The translations under genes and the position numbers were made by a program. Below are positions 14,128 to 27,630 of a stretch of DNA of 64,000 nucleotides, in pieces. How positions within the stretch are numbered: the stretch's first letter is position 1; each line of letters opens with the position of its first letter. This stretch comes from Octopus sinensis (lineage: Eukaryota). The DNA lies in contig NC_043021.1 of assembly GCF_006345805.1 (NCBI RefSeq), positions 372,001-436,000 on the forward strand. The letters are read 5' to 3'. The notes beneath the pieces were generated by a model that made no database searches, was not told the origin of the DNA, and saw only the letters and a list, made by a program, of their open reading frames with translations.

Positions 14128-15264
14128 TACAAAATTAGAGAATGGAGAAACATACTTAAATCAATAAAACATCATCTATAGTCCTCTGGATCTGTACTTT
14201 AAATTATCCTTCCATACATATTTACTTTCAACAATATAACATATATATTCACTTTATTTATTTTTTATTTTATTGTAATGTTATCAATCTCTGCATTTAG
14301 TCTTCTAATTATTTATTTATTTGCCTGTTTAAGTGTAGATGTTTACATACATATCAAGTCATCTAATTTGTTATCTATTTATTTTTTACTTATTTACTTA
14401 TACTAGGGTGGTTTTATACATACATATCTATCATTTATTTTTATTTAATTTTAATAATATATGAATACATATATACTGGTTTGTACTTATAATATGTGTA
14501 TAACCGTATTTATTCCTTCGTATTTATTCCTTCTTATTTATCTTATCACATTTTATCTTAAGTATTTATAATATAAATTTTTTAAAATTTCTGTGATGTT
14601 CTCATAAGCGTTTACATTAGTACTTCCCCTTCTATTTTTTAATGCCTAAACTGGTATATTATGGCATTAAATTTATTAAGTAAATAAGTGATTTATTTAT
14701 AATATATAAATTAATATATATTTTATATTTTATAATTTAGCGTACTTGGAATCATAACAAACTTACGATAAATCTAACAACCGTATGTTTACTATGCAAC
14801 AAACCGGTGTTATAAATTTTAAGTTACCCATGAAATAATTATCTGACTTAGTAACATACTGATATTTAAAAATATATTTATATTTAAATTAAATATTTTA
14901 TCAAATGCATGGGTGGTTCTTTTTCGTTATTTGAGGCACAGTTATAATTTTGAAGGACTAAATGGTAGCATAGTTGCTTCCCTTTTTGTTTATCTATGTG
15001 CTAGTTGTTGCTTGTGATTATGTATGTGTATAAGTGTATGTATATACATATAACTATGTGTGTATGTGCGATTGATCTGTAGATGCGTGTGTGAATATTG
15101 GCGTTCCTTGACTAACCAACCGTATAATTTTCTTTTGTGATTTAAATTTCAAACCAATAGCCAATCGAATTAATCTAAATTTTCTTTACCTAGTGGTCAG
15201 CATTTCTAAACTCATAGTTATTTCGATCTTGAAAGGATGGACTTGGTGCAAACTTAACTGTATC

Positions 15265-15304
<40 letters not shown>

Positions 15305-15945
15305 ATTAATAGTAATTTTTATTAACTTTTATAGCTTTAGAATTTTATGAACTGAACCATGGTTTTAATTATTATTTTTCATCTCCCTATGTGTTAGTTT
15401 TTTTTAAAAAAAACTATTAGCCAAATATGTATAATATCGGTACTTATTAATATTAATATATACACTGATATATATTTTGTTTTATTTTGTTCTGTTTACC
15501 TTCCTTTATTGTACCAATGAGTATTATATTATATAAGTGTAGCATTATGATGTATAAGTTTTTATATTTTACATTTTTATATTTTTATATTTATATGTAT
15601 ATGGTTATATAATATTTTTCACAATTATAACAAATTTAATTTAATTCTCTGAAGAGGCCGTGGGGCATCCTTGTTAATGCCTCATTTATACCTGCCTTTA
15701 TGGCTTATAGGTTAAATGAGGTATGACTGCCCTCACTGCCGAAACAGCTGTCAGTTTTGATTTAATTGCATATTATATTTGAAATTTTTTACTTATATCT
15801 CTTTATCTTTTTACTATTACTGTATATCTCATTTTGTAGAATGCCTTTACTCATATGTAATGGTGTATTAAAGTATTGATTGGGTATCATCGGATAGTTG
15901 ATGTTTTATTGATTTAAGTATGTTTCTCCATTCTCTAATTTTGTA
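14128..15945 (+). mobile_element. Penelope-like element terminal region bounded by a 52-bp inverted repeat
   Basis: 14128-14179 is the reverse complement of 15894-15945 with one mismatch; contains a hammerhead at 15641-15760; very AT-rich with no intact ORF. Confidence 0.6.
15641..15760 (+). ncRNA. Type I hammerhead ribozyme motif with extended stem II; predicted cleavage after C15752
   Basis: CUGAAGA(15649-55) GGCCGUGGGGCA...UGCCCUCACUGCC GAAAC(15741-45) AGCU GUC; inner stem CCUCAUUUA/UAAAUGAGG; stem I partly degenerate. Confidence 0.8.
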
Positions 15946-16108
15946 GTATTATTTACGGTAATATTATTACCTTTACCCATATAATACAATAGATGAACTG
16001 ATTGTTTGACAATTTTTAACATCTATGTATTAATCTTGTTGGGTACCTATCTGGCAGTATATTGGATATATATTATCCCATGGTGGGTTGAATTTTCAAC
16101 CCCTATCT

Positions 16109-16165
<57 letters not shown>

Positions 16166-16456
16166 TATATATATATATATATATATATATGGGTACAAAA
16201 CACCAAACAGTAAACAGCATAAAATATGAAAGCAAATGAGTTCAATATACAAACCATGAAAGAAACAAATGGAAATCACGACAAGTAACATAAAGAATGA
16301 CCCTTCGTCAGTTATATGTTGCTCGAAATTAGGAGTAGATACGCAACCGACAACTGGCGAAGGGTCGCTCTTTATACACACATATATATATATACACATA
16401 CACACACACAAACAGATTGACAGACACATATAAATATATATACATGTGTATGTGTG

Positions 16457-18698
16457 TGAGTGGGAGTCAAAAATTACCCACACACACACTTTTGCCAAAA
16501 CTCTCTTTCGATTGGCTGTGCTGTCTTTAGCTTTCGTACGGTAAAAAGTGCTACTCTTCTTCAGGTTACATAAACTAGGTTTGACCTTAATCGCTCCAGT
16601 ATTCTTTCTTGCCTTACACATTAAACTCGGCCACTCCACTGTCGACGTGCACCAAGGAAGAACAGATTTCTCTGGTCCGAAGGTGTGTCATGAGTTGAAA
16701 TTCATTGCAGTCTTTCGGTAAAATATGGGAACAGCGCTCTAGCGCATAGAAGTGTGTATGAGGTCTAATCAATAAGTGCCCGGACTGTTACCACAGTATC
16801 GAAGCTTACACACACAGAATGGAGCTGCTAGGCACAAATTGGCCTTGAATTCTCCTGTGCATGCACACTAAGTTTTAACGTTCAAACTCACTTCTGCTAT
16901 TTACAGCAGTGCTTGGAAGGAACGTATGTAGCGTGTGATCGTCGTATTGACCATGAGAGAGAAAGTTGTCATGGTGGTACATGGAGGCCTATGCGAAGTT
17001 GCAGAAAGTGTATGGAGGGGAGATTAGGAGCCACAGACAGGTGTACAAGTGATTCAGACGTTTCCAAATGCCGGGGAAAATATCGATAATGACGAACGTT
17101 CTGGGAAACTCGCAATCAGCAGAACTGAGAAAAACATCGTAGATGTGCGTGCAGCTGTGAGGGGAAACCGTCGAATCACCATCCGTGAGTTATCAGAGGA
17201 TGTACAGATTAGTTACGGTTCGGTTCAGAACATTATCACTGAAGATTTGGGTATGAGACGCGTGTCTGCCAAGTTTGTGCCCAAACCGCTTTTAGCTGGC
17301 CAAAAAGATACTCAGGTTTCAGTTGGACAAGATTTCCATAATTGTGTCGAGAACGATGGAAACTTTTTGAAAACTTTGCGTAGACTGCTGAGCAGGTAAC
17401 GCCAAGTCTTTGGCAAAATTTGATGCAGATTCTCTGCTCAACTTTCTCTGTTATGGTCAATGCGACGATCACATGCTACACACCTTTCTTCCAAGCACTG
17501 CTGTACACAGCGGAAGTAAGCTAGAGCATAAAAAGTTAGTGCGCATGCACAGTAGAGTCCAAGGCTAATTTGTGCCAAGCGGCTTCACTCTCCATGCTTT
17601 AGCTTCGTTACAATAGCAACAGTCCGGATACTTGTTCATCAGACTACGTATGAGTGGATCGAGAAATATTAAAATGGTTGGATAAATGTGTAACATGAAG
17701 AGGGAGCAGGACCTCCACCACTGATGTGAAGATTCAACGAGCTCGAGAGATGTTTTTAGAGAACCAGGCATTGACCGTCGATGAGGTAGCATTTTCTCTG
17801 CAAATTAGCCATGGTTCTGTATAGAAAATCATCAATTAGATCCGCTTCGGTAAAGTCTGTCCGAAATGGTTACCAAAAGCGTTTACCGGAGCGAATAAAT
17901 GCAATCGTGTAGAGATTTGTCAACACTTACTCCATCGCTACAACGACGAAGTCGAAGTTTGTTTTTTGTTTTGTTTCTTTTTTTGTTTTTTGTTTCTTTG
18001 GTTTTATTTATTTATTTATTTGTTTTTTGGAGGGAATAGTTACAGGAGATGAGACCTGGGTCCATCACTTTAGACCAGAATCCAAAAGACAGATTATAGA
18101 CTGGAAACACCTGGAATCGCCAACGAAAAAGAAATTTAAGAATTAATCTTCTGCAGACAATGTGTTGCTAGCTGTTTTGGGGGACACAAAAGGGCCTGAC
18201 TGGAACATTACCTGGAACAAGACTCTACAGTCACCAATGTAGGCTACAGTGAATTGCTGGCCAACAACCAAACCAGTAATTCGCACCAAACACCGAGGTT
18301 TGTCTCAAATAAAGCGTTATAGCTACACGACAATGTATGCCCACACCTCACTACCCAGAGCGTCGAAACCACTGACAAATCGGATTTCCAGTTGCTGAAA
18401 CACTCTGCATACAGTCCAGATCTCGCTCCTATCGTCTATCTCCTCTCTCGGCTTCTCAAACATCCTTTACAATATCGTTGATTTGTTTCTGACAAAGAAG
18501 CACAGGAAGCAGTTCATAGATGGCTGCGTGAGCATAAGAAAGCCTTCTTCTCCAGTGTAATAAACAAACTTGTGTATCGCTGGAAGTTCATCGGAAAGCA
18601 AAGAGACGAGGCCGGAAAATTGATGTAATTCCCCCCACCAACTTTTGTTTTAATAAATTACAGAAACAAGAGTGCATATAATTTTTGACTTACCCTCG
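16457..18698 (+). mobile_element. Mariner element (decayed transposase) interrupted by a second mariner-derived element
   Basis: Frame FLWSEGVS*VEIHCSLSVKYGNSALAHRSV|YEWIEK rejoins across the insertion; IVTGDETWVHHF and YSPDLAP motifs; TIR-like ends GAGT..GAGTCAAAAATT and AATTTTTGACTTACCCTCG-TA. Confidence 0.85.
16759..17648 (+). mobile_element. Non-autonomous mariner derivative with long (~200 bp) inverted ends and TA target duplication
   Basis: TA at 16757-58 and 17649-50; internal RRITIRELSEDVQISYGSVQNIITEDLGMRRVSAKFVPK; EQRICIKFCQRLG N-terminus in inverted orientation at ~17400-17470. Confidence 0.85.
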
Positions 18699-18846
18699 TA
18701 CAGATGTGTGTGTGTTTGTGTGTACATTGTGATTTACTGAAAAACTCTAACAAAAACTACAAACTTCAATGCGTATTATTATACATATATATTCTTTAAC
18801 ATTTATACACACATACACACACACACATATACACAAACGCATACCA

Positions 18847-18879
<33 letters not shown>

Positions 18880-19240
18880 ATAACGTTCGTATCATGACAC
18901 AAACGCGTATGTAAATTTTGTTCATGTCTTAAGGCTCTCAAACATTTGAAGTTTGTCGTATGAGGCTCAAATTTTATTGCACCTTTAGTTCCAGACAAAT
19001 AATGCATGTTCAATAAATCCAACGCTGTTTCTGTTTGATGCTAAAGCATGCAAAGATTTGTTCAGTTCCTATGGGGGAATTTGCTGAAGATAAAATAGAC
19101 GTTTTAGACTTCAAGCCATGTACAACATCGCGAAAATGCAATATATATGTAACTGTATGCGTTATGAACATTAGTTCATGCTTATATCCATACACACATA
19201 TATATATGAACATAGATATACACACACACACATACACACG

Positions 19241-19279
<39 letters not shown>

Positions 19280-19358
19280 TGTATGTATATAACTACATAT
19301 ATACTGATATATATGTGTGATCGCGCGCGCGCGCGGGTGTGGGGTGTGGGTGTGTATA

Positions 19359-19488
19359 CGAGGTATGATCAATAAGTATCCGGATACTTAGCCATAGTAT
19401 CAAAGCTAAAGCACGCCGAGTGAAGCCGCTCGGCACAAATTGGCCTTGGACTCTGATGTGCATGCGCACTAAGTTTTAACGTTCTAGG
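19359..19488 (+). mobile_element. Left end of the same mariner family as 16759-17648
   Basis: TA-CGAGGTATGATCAATAAGTATCCGGA...GCACAAATTGGCCTTG...GCACTAAGTTTTAACGTTC matches 16759-16885. Confidence 0.75.
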
Positions 19489-20338
19489 TGGCAATGGCGG
19501 TGGGTTGGTAATGGCTTGGTGTTGGATTGATTTATTCGATGGGTATTGGGGTGGGGGATTGCAGTTCTGTATTGGAGGAGTGGGACAATGTTGAGTATAT
19601 TATTTTGTGGTGGTAGTACATGCGGCGGCGATTGTGAATTGGAATCTTATTGGTGATAAGCATTGGCGGTGTGGTGTTGTGTTACATTTGCGTGAAATAC
19701 GGTGTGTAGTGGTGTGTTGCGATGTATGGGTTAAGTTTGACGTGGTGAGGGACGGGTTGAGAAGCGGATGGTTACGGGGTAGAAGTGATATAGAGATTTA
19801 TAAGTTAGGGTGTGTCAGGTGGGTTTGGGAAGGTTTGGGGAAGGAAGAAGTCAGTTTAGGACCAAAGAGTGGGGATCACAGGATTTACTGTGCTTAAAAT
19901 ATCAATAACTTCCTAAACACCACCATCATCATCATAACTAACATTAACGTCACCATCACCACCGACACCAGGAACATCACAACCACCATCACCGACAGCA
20001 CTACCACCACCACCTCTACTTATAAGAGTGCCATAACCACCATCATCACCATTACTGTCATCATCATCACAATAACAATTTCTGCCACCATCACTGCCTC
20101 TCCCAGCGGCCTCATACTCAGTCGTACCCCTGACCCCCACCGTCGTTCACATAATCACACCAACACCGCCGCCATTACATCACCAACACCACCACAACCG
20201 CCACCAACACATCACATCAGCTGCAACAACATCAACATTCAATCCCAGTAACCTAATTTTATTGACCCTGCTTTATAGTTAACTGTCAAATAGATTGTGT
20301 ACAAACGGATGACTATGACGATGGTGGTGGTGGTGGTG

Positions 20339-20382
<44 letters not shown>

Positions 20383-20667
20383 ACAATTTAATAAATAAAA
20401 CATATGCATACATACATACATATATGTACATACCTACATCTATATGTATATATACATGCATATATGGGTACAGGACACCACAAATAAACGTAGAACACAA
20501 CGAGAAACGAAAACATAAAAACAAAACAAGGAAACGGACTTTTTTTAACAACGAAAAAACAGAGTACAAGACAAACAACACAAAGAACATTCCCCTTCTT
20601 CAGCTGCCCCTGTTTCGACTCATTGTTATTATATGATCGAACGCCCGCGTCGTCTTCTTTCAAGTAA

Positions 20668-20704
<37 letters not shown>

Positions 20705-20706
<2 letters not shown>

Positions 20707-21330
20707 TAAGCAATAAAGGGTTTAGCAACGAATGCCTTACCACATACCGAATTTAGAAATAGCAGTCAAAGAGTTATAGCTATTTCTTCTACTAAAAAGG
20801 GAGATCTCAGTAAAAACAGCAATTGGAAGGCAGACACAAACAGGCAAGAGAGAATGAATTGACGGCAATCTATCATACAATTTAAGTTATCTACGGACGC
20901 ACGTTCCAAATCAAGTTTTTAGGAAAGCATAAGAATTAAATATTAAATAATTCTACCTTACCAAAACTTCTTTTCTCTTCAGCGTAGAATACTATAATCA
21001 TAAATGATTATATATTGAATTTTGAGATACTAGAAGGCACCAACTCAACTCAGTATCAGAGCGAGCTAGAATCCGCAACTAGTATCACCAAACTCAAAGT
21101 GTGAATGAAAAGATTGTGTCACCAGCCCCTTCCCACCCGCGTGTAGCCAAAACAAGATGCTGTGGTCATCTACTGAGATAAAATATGGTTATCCGTAATA
21201 ATGAAGGGTGAAATTAATTAATTTGGAATAATTATCAATTACACCAAGTAGTCTTCGGCATGTAAAAGCCTCATTCGAGGAAAATTTAAGTAATACTAAG
21301 CAATAAAGGGTTTAGCAACGAATTGCCTTA
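20705..21330 (+). mobile_element. Possible Penelope-like 3' remnant bounded by a 35-bp direct repeat
   Basis: TACTAAGCAATAAAGGGTTTAGCAACGAAT at ~20703 and ~21294; weak GIY-YIG C-terminal-like translation. Confidence 0.35.
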
Positions 21331-22284
21331 TATATATTATATATAATATATATATAGTTATGGTATATTCTCTAAAGAAGGTAGCAGAGTACAGTATACA
21401 GCTCGTCCACCTTCAGACTTCAACCTCTGCTATCCAGATATAAAACTCTTCATAATAGAAATAAAGATTATACGATTACACTCCATCTGCTAGAAACAGC
21501 AATGAAATCTCCTTCAAATCACACTCTGCCGTATTAACACACACTGAATAATGTAGCTGTAGGTTATCTACTCAGAAGTAAAAATAAGTAAAACGGAATC
21601 ATCACGGTTGGAAAGCCCTTGATAATGCGTTTGCTTCATCGGATCTAAGAGGTTAACCAAGAACAACTTCTGTCATGATTTCCGAGCAGGATATAAAAAA
21701 AAAAATCCATATCATAATTGGGCGTTATTTAGTACAATGAAATTCCGTTAAATGCAATTTATGTTAATTGAATGATAGTTTTGTAGAAGACTTCTCTTTC
21801 GTGTGGGATAGGGGAATTTTTAGTGGAGAATATTTTTGTTTTAGTTTTGTTTTTGTAATTTGTTTTGACATTAATGGAATAACGATGACATCACTCTTTA
21901 AAGCACTAACACATGTACATTGGTATCCTAATTATGAAAGCTCAACAGTCACTTGACCTGCCAGAAATAGCAACCAAATCTCCCCCAAATCATACTCTGT
22001 CTTGAAAAGGATTGATATATTGGTCAATGTAGTCCAGTATAAACTAAGTCTGAATGAAAGACAGAGCAGTCACGTCTTTGGTCAGATGTCTATATGAGAG
22101 CTGACCCGGGGTTAAACAGCAACGAAAGACATATTAAATATAATGTAGCCATTGATACGTTTGTGGTGTTCATGTAAGCTAAAACTTCTTTATATCGTAT
22201 TCATAAACAGCACAAATCCCTGATATAAAAATCGCCATAACAGAAATAAAAATCATAGAATTCCAAAAAATAATCAAACTCAGA

Positions 22285-23030
22285 TAATAATCCTTTCTAT
22301 TACAGGAAAAAGGACTGAAATTTGGGGAAGTGTGTAGGCGATTACATCGACCTCCGTACTCAACTTATTTTATTGACCCCGTAACGATGAAAAGCAAAGT
22401 CGACCTCGGCGGTGTCTCAACTCAGCACGTGCTAACGTTTCTGCCAGCTCGTCGCCTTTCTCAATTAAATAATAATAAAACCGAATTAATAAAAAGAAAA
22501 AACTCCAGCCTTAATTAAAGTAGATGAATGTACAAAAGCAATAAATACAAAAGCTAAATAAACATCAAAATACAAAAAGTACCAAACGCACAAATAATCC
22601 TTTCTATTATAGGCACAAGGTCTGAAATTTTGGGGAGGGGATAGTCGATTAGATCGACCCCAGTATGAAACTAGTACTTAATTTATTGACCCCGAATGGA
22701 TGAAAGGTAAAGTCGACCTCAGTGGAATTTGCATATTCTTTTCTACTCTAGGCACAAGGCCCGAAATTTTGGGGGAAGGGGACCAGTCGATTAGATCAAT
22801 CCCAGTACGCAACTGGTATTTAATTTATCAACCTCGAAAGGCTGAAAAGCAAAGTCGATCTCGACAAAATTTGAGCTCAGAACATAAAGACAGACCAAAA
22901 CTGCTGAGCATTTCGCCGGCATGCTAACGTTTCTGCTAGCTCGCCACCTTAAATGTAAAGACGGACGAGAAACCGCTAAGCATTTTTCCCTGCGTACTAA
23001 CGATTCGGCCAGCTCGCTACCTTACCAAAC
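22285..23030 (-). mobile_element. Cluster of tRNA-derived SINE family C fragments
   Basis: Three partial copies of TCCTTTCTA..AGGCACAAGG..GAAATTTTGGGG..GTCGATTAGATCGACCCCAGTA..AAAGTCGACCTCGG; reverse complement of the copy at 34514-34740. Confidence 0.8.
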
Positions 23031-24187
23031 ACACAAATAATGCCCTAATCCTAATCTCAGCTGATATCTGTTTCTTGGTTATGCCGTCGCCGACTAAACA
23101 GGCAACAGCACATTAGTGAGTACAGAATGGATGGATAAGCCAACTGGGCAAAAAGATAATGCATGTCCACTACGAATGGATTAACTCAACGAGGAGTCAA
23201 CAACCAACCATCAAATCTACAAATGGAGTGAAACCCTATGACTCTTGGTTACTCCTGCACCCAGTTGTCTACCTCAGATGTATAGGCCTTTTTACCCAGG
23301 GACACCCGAACGAGAAAACCTCCTCAATAAAAGTGGACTACATCCAAGGTTGTTTAAATCAGGCCTGGCCAGCATTATTATTATTATTATCTTTTCTTTT
23401 ATATTGTCTGAAATGACAGACGCGTGTCATTACAAGATTATACTCTATCTGAATAAAATACGGAATGGCCACGGATGGACAGTCTTTAAACATAGTTCAG
23501 AGATTAAACATTGGCTAATCTTGCACTGTGTTTAAATGATGTACAATAGACAAGGCTGCAGTGTGAGGACTTGACTGGTGGAAAAACCTATTGAAGCACG
23601 AAAGAAGTTGCTTGAAACCCGTATAAAGGGATGGAAACAAAAACTTCCCCACATGCATAATTACCTGCCGCGTATAATAAATAATTGCATTCTACGATCT
23701 TTATTGAACATTTGCCTCGAATTTGAAACAAAAAACACAAGCACAAACACAGGCGCGCGCTCTCACACAACCGTGAATTGTGCCAATACCAATGGTGTAC
23801 CACTTTAGAATTAATCTAACGCCAAAACAGTGTAATTCTAATGCAATTTTTTGCAAGTCCATGACTTTCTTGTGGAAGACTAAGCTGTTGTAGACCAATG
23901 CCGCTATTTTTTTTTCCACTGGAATTTTACTGTATTATATAACATGACATCGTCTATTTATGTTGGATGAATTTCTACAAAGGAAAGTTTTTGTCACTTT
24001 CCTTCTCTGATTTTTTATTTTCTTCGGCACCAAATACTTCATATTGCTGCCATATTCTACAGCTATTACATTTCACTAAGTGAAAAACATTAACTTAAAG
24101 CAAACAAATATTAAAACATTGAAATTAAGTGTTTTGTTTAACAACATACACACACACACACACACACGCACGCACGCACGCACGCAC

Positions 24188-24267
<80 letters not shown>

Positions 24268-25595
24268 TACTCTTTCACTTGCTTCGGTCATTTGACTGCG
24301 GCCATGCTGGAACACCGCCTTTAATCGAACCCTAACCCTGCTTTCGTTTAACTTTTTTCCTTGTGTTCTGTCCGTTCAATCCTTGATATATATATGGCTG
24401 GGAAGCGAACTTCTTACCAAGGCATTGACAAATGTCAAAACAAAAAGTAAGAAGAGCGAACGTAGGTTGATGGTTCCTGATCTGGCACGTCGGAACGATT
24501 ATCACACGAGAGGAAAGTATGACAGAACTTTTGGTGTAAGTAAATTCACGGGAGGGACACAGTTTAACATCGCTTCAACTGGGGGATTCCCAACAACAAA
24601 AACCAACAAGCACCATCCCGTTAAACAGGCCATATCAGGCCCAAATATTCCACCCATTTTGTGTTCAAAGTGGCCAGATCAGGCCTCACATACCTACTCT
24701 GAAATGTCATTCTAAATGTAAGCAAACGATTCATCGATAACTCAAGATAATGCAGGATTAATATTGAAGATGTAAATAAAGATTATAAATTGGACGGAGT
24801 AACATGAATGCTAACGGGTTGAGCCATCAACACCACCAACAACCACCACCAACACCACCAACACCAACATCAACACCATTACAACAACCACTTCCAATAT
24901 CACCACTATCGCGAATGCTACAACCAACACCATCACTAATATCACCACTACTACCACGATCTCCACCACCACCAACACCCTCTCTCACTACCTTCAACAT
25001 TATTGCTGCCACCACCACCACCACCACCACCACCACTTCGACTGAAAGCATTTCTTTATTTAAATACAATTAAAGTATTATTTAGATGAAGCACACGACT
25101 GTCTTTAATGATTGCGGAAGGGGTCGCAGTGAAGCGGTAGCGGTGATGGTGATGGTGTTAGCGGTGAGGAGGGGGTGTAGCAGTGATAGTGGTGGTAGAG
25201 ATGGTGGTGGCGGCGGCGGCACCGATAGCGGTGTTGGTAGTAGCAGTGGTGGTGGTGGTGGTGTGGTGGTGGTGGTGGTGGTGGTGCTGCTGCTGTCACC
25301 TTAGTAGTAGCGAGAGACGTCGGTAGTGCTGTTGCTGATAGTAAGGCAGGCGGCGGCGGCGGCGGCGTGTGACGTCTGGTGTGTTGGATATTCATTTCTT
25401 CCGTTATTCAAAGCTGTTGCTTTTAGTGCTCAGCAGCGTTGTTTAGTGACCCCCACCGCTGACAGCCGACAGAAAATATTCCCCGCAAATACACAATGTT
25501 GACCAGGCGCATAGACAGGATCGTATCGTAAAACCAGGCTTCAAATGTACGTATAAATAGTATAAACATTCTTCTATTATTATTAATTATTATAA

Positions 25596-25657
<62 letters not shown>

Positions 25658-25802
25658 GATATGGCAAGCAACAAAAACAAACAGTTATACATACTTATAC
25701 GTACTTACGCACACACATAAATATAAACATATTCTTAGAGTCAAAATTATTTCTATCCCGTCCACACAAAACACGTGTATACATATATGTGTGTATGTAT
25801 TG

Positions 25803-25833
<31 letters not shown>

Positions 25834-25842
25834 TGTGTGTGT

Positions 25843-25879
<37 letters not shown>

Positions 25880-26085
25880 TGTATGTGTGTGTGTATGTGT
25901 TTGTGTGTGTGTGTGTATGTGTTTGTGTGTGTGTGTGTGTAGGCATTATGATACACCATAAAGCTAAGACCTTTATGGATGTGAAACCTAAGGTAAACCC
26001 ATAAACTGGCCTTATCTACTAACTTTAATATATATATATATATTTAGTATTTCTGATATATATATATATACACACACACACACAT

Positions 26086-26190
26086 GTAAAAGACTTCTCC
26101 ATTTTTCCCGGGTGCCAAACTAATACACCTGTTTGTTTCTCCTACACCTGTCTTCGTCTTTTGATTTTCTGTAAACTTCAACTAGATATA
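26086..26190 (+). mobile_element. Short Penelope-like repeat copy (same family as 60288-60490) starting at the hammerhead cleavage site
   Basis: GTAAAAGACTTCTCCATTTTTCC...CTAATACACCTG...CTTCGTCTTTTG.TTTTCT.TAAA aligns to the minus strand of 60290-60391. Confidence 0.6.
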
Positions 26191-26415
26191 TATATAGATA
26201 CAGGGTGAGCCAAAAGTCAGTTAAATTCGCTCCGGAATTGTCAAAGACATGCTTCAGCTTTTCCAAAATTGAATAAAATAGATAAAACAATACTGAATAC
26301 ACATGTACTTGTACATGAGGAACAAAATGGATAATAATAAGAATAATAATAATATTCATGTAATATAGATGAAATGTAAAATGTTTTGGTACGAGACTTT
26401 TGGCTCACCGTGTGT

Positions 26416-26459
<44 letters not shown>

Positions 26460-26712
26460 CGTGGTGGTGAAGGGAATGCTAATGTTATTGTTTTCTCTCA
26501 GTTTGTCAGCCCCTTCAGGAGCAACCTTTACCTCCAGAGGCGTTCTGCGTCGCGGCTTTCTTTTTATTTCAGCCTACATTACACAATGAATGTTTTAATG
26601 ACGACAGCATGTGATTTGAGGGACTTGTCGCTGCTATTTCCAAAATGTGGAGCTAACAACGAAAGTTCCTGGTTTTTATATAAACACACAAAAAACGTAT
26701 ATTCATATATAT

Positions 26713-26749
<37 letters not shown>

Positions 26750-27540
26750 AGCGTGTATAAAACTATGTAAACATTTAAACATCTGTAATGTGTATTCGTA
26801 CATATAAACATACATACGTCTGTGAGAAAGAATACAGATACACAGAGACGTTTGTTAAAATATAAAGCAACATCAATGCCATAGCTAGACACGGACACAC
26901 ACACACACACACATACACATACACACACACATACACATACACACACACACACATACACACACACAAGCAAACAGGCAAACGTATATATAAATACTGATGT
27001 GCGTATAGATACATGAAACCATAGTCTTTATTATAATTGCATGTGTGTGCGCGCGCGCTTAATTATGAACAATCCTCCCAACAATTCCGACATATGAAAT
27101 CTAAACATGGTTCATTTTTCTTTTGTTTTGCTTCTGATGTTTATGTCTGTGTCTCCCCAAAGATTTAAACCTAGCTACCGATATACAAACGCAACCCACT
27201 TTACATTCTTTCGACCTCCACCCATTGTCATGCCATATTTATGTGTGTATATATACATACATATCATTAATTAAATATATTCTGTTAGAATATTATACAC
27301 TGAATTTATAATGAGTGCTCTTTGTATCAAATGTCAAAAATATAAAGTATTTAGACATTAATACGAGTGATTATATATACTGTATTTTGAAATAATAGCA
27401 TGAAATTCAATATCAAACAAAATTTCTCACGAAGATATATATGTCTAAAATAGTATGTCTAAAATAGTATGTCTAAAATAGTATTGTATTATATATGTAA
27501 CAATATGAAATATGACAGTTTAAAAATGTGTTAATTAATG

Positions 27541-27630
27541 CATCTTACGATCGTTTCACGAAAGTATTGTCATTTTAATGGAATCCATTGTTGATACACA
27601 TTGATAGACAATACTTCCACTCGTCAGATG
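27541..27630 (-). ncRNA. Type I hammerhead ribozyme motif with long stem II
   Basis: Minus strand CAU-CUGACGA-GUGGAAGUAUUGUC...GACAAUACUUUCGU-GAAAC-GAUC-GUA/AGAUG: 14-bp stem II with G-U pairs and palindromic stem III; stem I weak. Confidence 0.75.

Noticed and set aside
25105-25395. Pro/His-rich minus-strand ORF as a gene start
   Set aside because: It is composed of (ACC)n/(GCC)n simple repeats like others in the window, with no splice-supported partner exon.
25945-26000. Hairpin CCAUAAAG/CUUUAUGG followed by GAAACCUAAGGUA
   Set aside because: The 5' core reads AUUAUGA (two mismatches to CUGAUGA) and there is no stem I; at best a dead relic.
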